From NCBI GenBank assembly GCA_017546085.1, contig JAFYXQ010000027.1, positions 1 through 39,568 on the forward strand: 39,568 nucleotides of DNA, given 5' to 3'. The stretch is from Alphaproteobacteria bacterium. Its GTDB lineage: Bacteria > Pseudomonadota > Alphaproteobacteria > Rs-D84. Every line of letters begins with the position of its first letter. Position 1 is the stretch's first letter. Under the pieces are notes generated by a model. That model was given only the letters and a program-made list of their open reading frames with translations. It searched no databases and had not been told where the DNA came from. Positions 33,655 to 39,568 of the stretch are shown one piece after another. A program made the translations under genes and the position numbers.

Positions 33655-35241
33655 TTATTCTGCGCGGTTATATGCCCCCTTGTCCAGTAAATCACGGACA
33701 GCAAAATGCTTAACCTTTTTAGCGGATGTTGTTGGTAATTCTTCTTCGGTAATTGCAAAATGGCGAACCCATTTATATTGCGCAATCGCTAGGTTTGATT
33801 TTTTCAACAACATTGTAACACGGGCAACTGTGGTACCCGGCTTTACCTGAAAAACCGCAAAAGGTACTGTTTTATCCTTAATCACGTATTCAAAAACAGC
33901 TGCGTTTAAGATTTCATCATTTTGCATATATAAATCTTCGAGTTCATCTGGATATACATTTTTACCGCTATCCAAAACAATTACTTGTTTTTGACGCCCC
34001 TTGACAGTCAGACGGCCAAATTTATCCAAACATCCCAAATCGCCTGTTTTAAACCAGCCACCTTCGAATGCATCTGCATTCGCTTCGTCATTTCCGATAT
34101 ATCCAGGCATAACCATATTGCCACGAACCCAAATCTCGCCAACACCATGTTTATCAGGGTTGTGAATCTGTAAATCGTTACCCATTAATGGCCCCGCATA
34201 ATACATCGAACCATTTGCCCTGCGAAATGCAAAGTTAAAGTTTGCCGGCCCGCATGTTTCGGTCAACCCGTAGCAATCACCAACAACAAAACCCATATTT
34301 TCATAGAATTTGCGTATCGATGTTTTCAGGGTTGCACCCGCAGAAACCAAAACCTTGGTATTACCACCAAACGCATCATGCACAGGTTTTGTAACCTTGT
34401 CCACCAATTTACCCAACCCAATGGAACGCAATATTTTTCGCATTGATACAATTATACGCATCAATGTCCAAACATGTTTATCCCTTGCACTATCTACGAT
34501 TTTCTTATGGAACACTTCCCAAATACGTGGAACCGCAGGAATAACTTCTGGTTTATACTGTTTAAAATCCTTGATAAATTCTTGGGGCTTTAATATTGGT
34601 TGTAATAATAGTTTCCCCTGCAAAGCAACGGGTACAATTATGTTAATTACAACACCGTATATATGATATAATGGCAAGAATCCATAAAATGTATAGCCTG
34701 GTAAAATTACATCCTTGTAAAACTGGGCACCGTCCGATAATGAAATCAGATTATTATGTGTTAATCCCACAACCTTTGGATTACCAGTTGAACCAGATGT
34801 AAATGATAATTGCGCAATATCGGAACGATCTGTATCCGCCATGACAAATTCATTTTCGTCCGTGTCATCAATGTTTTCAATATCAAACATTTCGCATGGC
34901 GCATCAGAAATAAACAAATCTTTCTGTGCCAGCAATAATTTACAATCCGTCCGTGTCATCATGTTTATATGTTCAGATGTTTGCAAACCTGTATCCAACA
35001 TTAACACGCGCGCGCCCTGTGATGCCGCAGCAAAATATGTGCGAACAAAATCAGGTGTGTTTCCTGATAAAATACCGACAGTGTCCCCCTTCTTGATACC
35101 AAAACGTTTCGCGAGTAAAACAGCACGTTGTTTTACCTTCTTTAATAATTCTGCATAGTTTTCGTTCTGACGTACAAAGAAAATACTGTCCTTGTTCCGG
35201 GAACATACATCTTGCAGCATTTCATAGATGTTTTTTATCAT
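33655..35241 (-). CDS. AMP-dependent acyl-CoA synthetase (long-chain fatty-acid--CoA ligase-like)
   Basis: The AMP-binding motif FTSGSTGNPKVV is present, along with YGLTE and GWFKTGDLG...GRLTVKGRQK. Start placed at MIKNIYEML, but the longer track ORF (35316) is possible. Confidence 0.85.
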   Translation of the reverse strand: MIKNIYEMLQDVCSRNKDSIFFVRQNENYAELLKKVKQRAVLLAKRFGIKKGDTVGILSGNTPDFVRTYFAAASQGARVLMLDTGLQTSEHINMMTRTDCKLLLAQKDLFISDAPCEMFDIENIDDTDENEFVMADTDRSDIAQLSFTSGSTGNPKVVGLTHNNLISLSDGAQFYKDVILPGYTFYGFLPLYHIYGVVINIIVPVALQGKLLLQPILKPQEFIKDFKQYKPEVIPAVPRIWEVFHKKIVDSARDKHVWTLMRIIVSMRKILRSIGLGKLVDKVTKPVHDAFGGNTKVLVSAGATLKTSIRKFYENMGFVVGDCYGLTETCGPANFNFAFRRANGSMYYAGPLMGNDLQIHNPDKHGVGEIWVRGNMVMPGYIGNDEANADAFEGGWFKTGDLGCLDKFGRLTVKGRQKQVIVLDSGKNVYPDELEDLYMQNDEILNAAVFEYVIKDKTVPFAVFQVKPGTTVARVTMLLKKSNLAIAQYKWVRHFAITEEELPTTSAKKVKHFAVRDLLDKGAYNRAE

Positions 35242-35360
35242 AATTATACTCTTAATTAAAATTAAAGTACCCTGCCCCACCATGGGACAGATATATTGAA
35301 TATATACATATTTCATAGGAAAAACAACCTAATAATAACCAGCTGCACGATTCGTGCGAC

Positions 35361-35408
35361 AAACAATATATAGTTAATGATTCGCATATTTGTTACTATA
35401 TTTTGTAA
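35361..35408. promoter_or_regulatory. distal pair of NrdR-box-like sites
   Basis: aaacaatatatagtta (35361-35376) scores 13/16 and ttactatattttgtaa (35393-35408) scores 11/16 against the recalled NrdR consensus acaCwAtATaTwGtgt. The starts are 32 bp apart. Confidence 0.45.
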
Positions 35409-35590
35409 AAATGTCCACAAAACGAATCATAAAAAGACATAAAATAATATGTTTTTTGACACAAATCCTATATTCGTGTTGATTTACCGATTCTGTTTTT
35501 TCGCTGTAACGTGCAGAAAATCCGTCTTTTCAAAAGTAAAGCAAAAAATAAAAAAAAATGTGTTTTTTATTTGTTGATAGTATTCTTACA

Positions 35591-35639
35591 AAACTATATA
35601 TTGTTATCGAAACAAATAAAAAACCACTATATGTTGTGT
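35591..35639. promoter_or_regulatory. proximal pair of NrdR-box-like sites upstream of nrdD
   Basis: aaactatatattgtta (35591-35606) scores 13/16 and ccactatatgttgtgt (35624-35639) scores 14/16 against the recalled NrdR consensus. The starts are 33 bp apart, and the pair ends 27 nt before the nrdD ATG. Confidence 0.6.
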
Positions 35640-35665
35640 TTTCAGAATAAAGTTGAGGTACAAAA

Positions 35666-37708
35666 ATGTCAGAAACACAAAATGAAATCAAAATTCAAAT
35701 CACACCAACACTTACAACGCGTTTGGTCGCGGTACAAAAACGCAGTGGTGAAACAGTGCCTTTTGATTCGAAAAAGATTTTTGAAGCGATAAAAAAGGCA
35801 GTTGCTGTTACAACTGAAATTTCAGATGTAGAGGTTGTAAAAATCACCCAAGATGTTTTAAAAAGACTCGATGATAAATATGCAGACAAAACACCAACTG
35901 TTGAAAATATTCAGGATACTGTTATTCAGGCCTTGATGGATGCGCGTGCATATAAAACAGCAGAATCATATATTATATATCGTCAAAAACGCACTGAAAT
36001 TCGCGAATCTATGGTCGATGCAGTTGATATTATAGAAGGATACGTAGGTGGTTCAAATTGGCGTGTTAAAGAAAATGCAAATGTCGGTTATTCCATCGGT
36101 GGACTGATTTTGCGTACCAGCGAACGCGTTACCGCGGAATACTGGCTTAACCTGTATCCGCGCGCGGTTGCTGAGGCACATAAAACAGCCGCTGTTCATA
36201 TCCATGATTTAGGTTGGTTAACCGGATATTGCGCAGGTTGGTCATTGCGCGAATTGTTGTACGAAGGTTTTAATGGTGTCCCAGGGTATCTACAATGCGA
36301 ACCGGCAAAACATATGGCAACCGCTGTTTCACATATGGTGAACTTCTTGGGGACACTGCAAAATGAATTTGCAGGCGCACAGGCATTTTCATCCGTTGAT
36401 ACGTATCTGGCACCATATGTCAGAATCGATAATATGTCATATGCAGATGTAAAAAATGCAATGCAAACATTAATCTTTAACTGTGCGGTGCCATGTCGTT
36501 GGGGGACACAGACACCATTTATTAATTTCACATTCGACTGGACATGCCCAGAAGATTTGAAGAATCAACATCCTTTTATTGGCAAGAAACCCGTGGATTT
36601 CACATATGGGGATTTACAGCCTGAAATGGATTTAATTAACCGTGCCTTCTTGGACGTCATGACAGAAGGTGATGCACTGGGGCGCCCATTTACATTCCCA
36701 ATTCCAACATATAATATTACACCTGATTTCCCATGGGATCACCCAAATGTAAAGCCATTGTTTGATTTGGCAGCAAAATATGGTATTCCAAACTTCCAGA
36801 ATTTCCTGAATTCTGATTTGAATCCGACAGATGTTCGTTCAATGTGCTGCCGTTTGCGCTTAGATGTTCGTGAATTGCTGAAACGTGGGGGCGGATTATT
36901 TGGTTCTGCCGAAAAAACAGGTTCAATCGGTGTTTATACAATTAATTTGGCACGCTTGGGATATATACACCGCGGTAACCGTGAAGGACTATTTACAGAA
37001 TTGAAACGTTTACTTGATTTGGGACGCGATTGTTTGGAAATCAAACGTGATATCATTTCCAAGAACATGGAACGTGGCTTGTATCCATTTACAAAACGTT
37101 ATCTTGGTGATTGGAGCCATCATTTCTCGACCATTGGGGTAAATGGCGCAAATGAAATGGTTCGAAATTTCACAGGCGACCGTGAAAATATTGCAACACC
37201 AATGGGTAAAAAGTTGGTCTTGGATGTGATGGACTTTATCCGCGACAATTTGGCAAATTATCAAGAACAAACTGGCAATCTATACAATTTGGAAGCCACA
37301 CCAGCAGAGGGGTGTTCGTATCGTTTTGCAAAAACAGATAAGAAAAATTTCCCAGATATTATTACTGCTGGAACACCTGATGCGCCATATTACACAAATT
37401 CGACACAGTTACCAGTAAGCTTTACCGACGATCCATTTGTTGCACTTGAACATCAAGAAGAATTACAGCGCAAATATACCGGCGGAACAATGTTACATCT
37501 GTATTTGGGTGAACCTGTGTCCAGTGGTGATGCGGCACAGAAAATCGTACGTACGATTTTTGAAAATTACAAGGTGCCATACATGACATTAACCCCGACT
37601 TTTTCCATCTGTCCAAAACATGGATATTTGCCGGGCAAACATGAATTCTGTCCAAAATGCGACGCTGAACATGCTGCAAATCAAGACAACAAACAAGACA
37701 ATGCATAA
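35666..37708 (+). CDS. nrdD: anaerobic ribonucleoside-triphosphate reductase (class III), large polypeptide lacking the glycyl-radical segment
   Basis: N-terminal ATP-cone (VQKRSGETVPFDSKKIFEAIKKA), an NrdD core, and a C-terminal Zn-ribbon-like CPKH-x11-CPKC. The ORF stops before any RxxG[YF] radical motif. Confidence 0.9.
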   Translation: MSETQNEIKIQITPTLTTRLVAVQKRSGETVPFDSKKIFEAIKKAVAVTTEISDVEVVKITQDVLKRLDDKYADKTPTVENIQDTVIQALMDARAYKTAESYIIYRQKRTEIRESMVDAVDIIEGYVGGSNWRVKENANVGYSIGGLILRTSERVTAEYWLNLYPRAVAEAHKTAAVHIHDLGWLTGYCAGWSLRELLYEGFNGVPGYLQCEPAKHMATAVSHMVNFLGTLQNEFAGAQAFSSVDTYLAPYVRIDNMSYADVKNAMQTLIFNCAVPCRWGTQTPFINFTFDWTCPEDLKNQHPFIGKKPVDFTYGDLQPEMDLINRAFLDVMTEGDALGRPFTFPIPTYNITPDFPWDHPNVKPLFDLAAKYGIPNFQNFLNSDLNPTDVRSMCCRLRLDVRELLKRGGGLFGSAEKTGSIGVYTINLARLGYIHRGNREGLFTELKRLLDLGRDCLEIKRDIISKNMERGLYPFTKRYLGDWSHHFSTIGVNGANEMVRNFTGDRENIATPMGKKLVLDVMDFIRDNLANYQEQTGNLYNLEATPAEGCSYRFAKTDKKNFPDIITAGTPDAPYYTNSTQLPVSFTDDPFVALEHQEELQRKYTGGTMLHLYLGEPVSSGDAAQKIVRTIFENYKVPYMTLTPTFSICPKHGYLPGKHEFCPKCDAEHAANQDNKQDNA

Positions 37709-37743
37709 CAAATCAGAAATAAAACGAAAGGGAGGAATTAATT

Positions 37744-37926
37744 ATGATGAATAATGCACAAAGAACACCATGCGAAATTTTTTCACGTTCAATGGGATTT
37801 ATCAGACCAGTATCTAACTTTAACGTTGGAAAATATTCTGAATTTTGTGAACGTAAAACATTTACAGAATCAAACTGCATTTCCACCGGTCAAAGACATT
37901 CTGATTTGTTAAAGAAAGCAGCGTAA
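37744..37926 (+). CDS. stand-alone glycyl-radical segment of class III RNR
   Basis: 60-aa ORF with a strong GGGAGG SD. EIFSRSMGFIRPVSNFNVGKYSEFCERK aligns with the canonical NrdD C-terminus RRVCGYLGSP...FNAGKQEEVKRR. Confidence 0.68.
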   Translation: MMNNAQRTPCEIFSRSMGFIRPVSNFNVGKYSEFCERKTFTESNCISTGQRHSDLLKKAA

Positions 37927-37930
37927 TAAA

Positions 37931-38635
37931 ATGCGTGAGATTCAAATTGGGGGATTAGTTTCGTTTACCACAATTGACTATCCAGGAAAATTGGCTGCGG
38001 TTTTATTCTTGGTTGGTTGTCCGTTGCGGTGCACGTATTGTTCTAATCCCCATTTATTATCCCCAGGGGACGGAGAATATGATCCTGAACGCATAATTGA
38101 ATGGTTACAGGAACGTATTGGCAAACTCGAAGCGGTTGTTTTTTCTGGGGGCGAGGCATTAATGCAATCAGATGCCACAATTAATTATATGAAACGCGTA
38201 CGTGATTTAGGGTTTAAAATTGGACTGCACACCAACGGATTTTACCCCGAAATATTACAACGGGCATCTGAATATATTGACTGGATAGGGCTTGATTTCA
38301 AAGCCACGTCTGATAAATACCCTGATTTAACAGGACAAAATATCGCATATAACAATATGATACGCAGTTTGGACATTTGGCGCGCCACACAAAAACCCTA
38401 CGAAGTTCGCGTTACATGTGATCCACGATACGTGGACAAAGACGGCATAATGAAAATTGCGAATATATTGGCTGAAAAACATGTGCAAAATATCGCGATT
38501 CAGAAATACGTTCCGCACTTTGAATCCGATGACAATAAAACAACCGAAGCAATGCGTAATGAAATCTTTGCAGATACGCAATTACGCAACAAAATAGATT
38601 CAATGTTTTCTTCTGTTATATGGCGGGAAAATTAA
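37931..38635 (+). CDS. nrdG: anaerobic ribonucleotide reductase activating protein (radical SAM)
   Basis: CPLRCTYCSNP (the CxxxCxxC motif) and the glycine-rich VVFSGGEA are present. It lies directly after the nrdD parts. Confidence 0.9.
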   Translation: MREIQIGGLVSFTTIDYPGKLAAVLFLVGCPLRCTYCSNPHLLSPGDGEYDPERIIEWLQERIGKLEAVVFSGGEALMQSDATINYMKRVRDLGFKIGLHTNGFYPEILQRASEYIDWIGLDFKATSDKYPDLTGQNIAYNNMIRSLDIWRATQKPYEVRVTCDPRYVDKDGIMKIANILAEKHVQNIAIQKYVPHFESDDNKTTEAMRNEIFADTQLRNKIDSMFSSVIWREN

Positions 38636-38640
38636 ATAAA

Positions 38641-38675
38641 AACGCAGAAAAATAAAAATCTGCGTTATTTTTTTT
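38641..38675 (+). terminator. intrinsic terminator after nrdG
   Basis: AACGCAGA-loop-TCTGCGTT followed by a T-run. Confidence 0.7.
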
Positions 38676-38693
38676 AAAATCTAAAAAAAACAC

Positions 38694-38720
38694 TTGCATT
38701 TATTCCCGCGACAGTATAAT
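38694..38720 (+). promoter_or_regulatory. promoter candidate for tRNA-Asp
   Basis: Perfect TATAAT at 38715-38720, with TTGCAT at 38694-38699. The 15-nt spacer is short. Confidence 0.4.
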
Positions 38721-38734
38721 ATTAACAACGCTTT

Positions 38735-38811
38735 GGGGTTGTAGCTCAGCTGGTTAGAGCGTCTGCCTGTCACGCAGAAGGTCGCGGGTTCGAGCCCCGT
38801 CAATCCCGCCA
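38735..38811 (+). tRNA. tRNA-Asp (anticodon GTC), CCA encoded
   Basis: 77 nt. Acceptor GGGGTTG/CAATCCC, D-arm GCTCAGCTGGTTAGAGC, anticodon loop CT-GTC-AC, T-arm GCGGGTTCGAGCCCCGT, and 3' GCCA. Confidence 0.95.
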
Positions 38812-38818
38812 GTATTTA

Positions 38819-38842
38819 CACCGTCGTTAGACGGTGTTTTTT
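38819..38842 (+). terminator. intrinsic terminator after tRNA-Asp
   Basis: CACCGTC-gtta-GACGGTG plus T6. Confidence 0.75.
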
Positions 38843-38843
38843 A

Positions 38844-38870
38844 TAAAAAAAACGCATCAAATGATGCGTT
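38844..38870 (-). terminator. intrinsic terminator after the minus-strand OMP gene
   Basis: AACGCATC-loop-GATGCGTT, followed on the minus strand by T7. Confidence 0.7.
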
Positions 38871-38893
38871 TGTAAAAAACTGCTATATTGCCC

Positions 38894-39568
38894 TTAGAAT
38901 TTATAGCCAAGCCCAAGAGACATCCCGAGCGAAGAAGCCTTTATCTCAACATCCGTATCGTCTATCTCTGTCTTTGGTAAAAACGCGTATTCTAATACAG
39001 CATAAGAAAAGAAATGCTCAGAAATATTAAAATTGACCCCTGCGCCTAAATTAAACATAGCCGAAGAAAACTCTGTAGTACCTTCTTCTACATTTAGATA
39101 GCCTATTCCCAAACGAAAGAATGGCGATACGAACTTATTCTTATTAAGGAAGGTATCCAAAGTAAGACCATACGCACCAATACTATAGTCGGTGTCAGAG
39201 TCTCCGAATCCTCCGGCATCCGTATCCGTAGAATGATGTATCGCATTAAACCCAAGGCGCAAACTGTTGCCTATGTCAAAACCAAATAACAAAGATATAT
39301 TATTCAATATATTATTATTGAAATTTAGTTCGGTTTCTTCTATTGAAAAATCGTCAACGCTTATTTTTGATGTTGTATATGAAAATAATGCCGTTTCCAT
39401 CCCTATAAAAAAATCTACATTCATTTCTGTTTTGGGAACATATATTGTATTATTAAATTCTAATTCCGTTAAATCCTTCGATACAACGATAGTAGATGTT
39501 TTATTATCTGATGATTTTTTTGTTTCTGTTTCTGCAAACGCATTAGTTGAAATGCTTGCGCACAATCC
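38894..39568 (-). CDS. outer-membrane beta-barrel protein (5' end beyond the window)
   Basis: The ORF is open to the window edge. The end of a signal peptide is visible (...SISTNAFA), with a beta-strand pattern and the C-terminus …GLGYKF. Confidence 0.7.
   Translation of the reverse strand, partial: GLCASISTNAFAETETKKSSDNKTSTIVVSKDLTELEFNNTIYVPKTEMNVDFFIGMETALFSYTTSKISVDDFSIEETELNFNNNILNNISLLFGFDIGNSLRLGFNAIHHSTDTDAGGFGDSDTDYSIGAYGLTLDTFLNKNKFVSPFFRLGIGYLNVEEGTTEFSSAMFNLGAGVNFNISEHFFSYAVLEYAFLPKTEIDDTDVEIKASSLGMSLGLGYKF

Noticed and set aside
35461-35480. A fifth NrdR-like site, acaaatcctatattcgtgtt
   Set aside because: When anchored on the central TATAT it matches the consensus poorly, and the C4/A6/G13 positions are wrong.
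1-39568. CRISPR arrays, IS elements, integrases, rRNA
   Set aside because: No regularly spaced direct repeats, transposase-like or integrase-like ORFs, or rRNA-like segments were seen. The only tandem repeat is the coding 57-bp array at 17500-17700.

Overview
AT-rich chromosomal segment whose housekeeping genes point to an alphaproteobacterium. The pointers are lpxI, a DUF2155-like gene, a DUF4164-like gene next to zapA, and lptE-holA-map-radC; this assignment is inference. Confident housekeeping calls are xseA, tsaD, rnj, dnaB, birA, rpsD, lpxI, zapA, radC, map, holA, lptE, an acyl-CoA ligase, nrdD/nrdG and tRNA-Asp(GTC).

The main non-ordinary feature is a roughly 12 kb minus-strand block (about 6852-19263) between rnj and birA. 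It carries a cut-down T7-like podovirus gene set: SleB-type endolysin, holin-like protein, gp9-like scaffold, gp10-like capsid, gp11-like adaptor, gp12-like nozzle, large terminase and gp8-like portal. I found no RNA polymerase, DNA polymerase, integrase, internal-core or tail-fibre genes, and no att-like repeats.

The large terminase is cut cleanly into an ATPase half and a nuclease half. The 3.3 kb between them lies on the opposite strand and carries dnaB, a double-HTH repressor-like gene and an unknown ORF. The block is entered through a promoter-like element followed by two intrinsic terminators. It also contains a Lys/Ala-rich histone-H1-like gene built from 57-bp tandem repeats.

Other points of interest:
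- a roughly 190-nt GC-rich candidate sRNA with CU-rich (anti-Shine-Dalgarno-like) loops
- a probably leaderless PHP-phosphatase gene
- a class III ribonucleotide reductase whose glycyl-radical segment is a separate 60-aa ORF
- two pairs of NrdR-box-like operators
- a Cys-rich membrane-anchored protein with a repeated motif

All homology statements are motif-level recognition from memory. No database searches were run.
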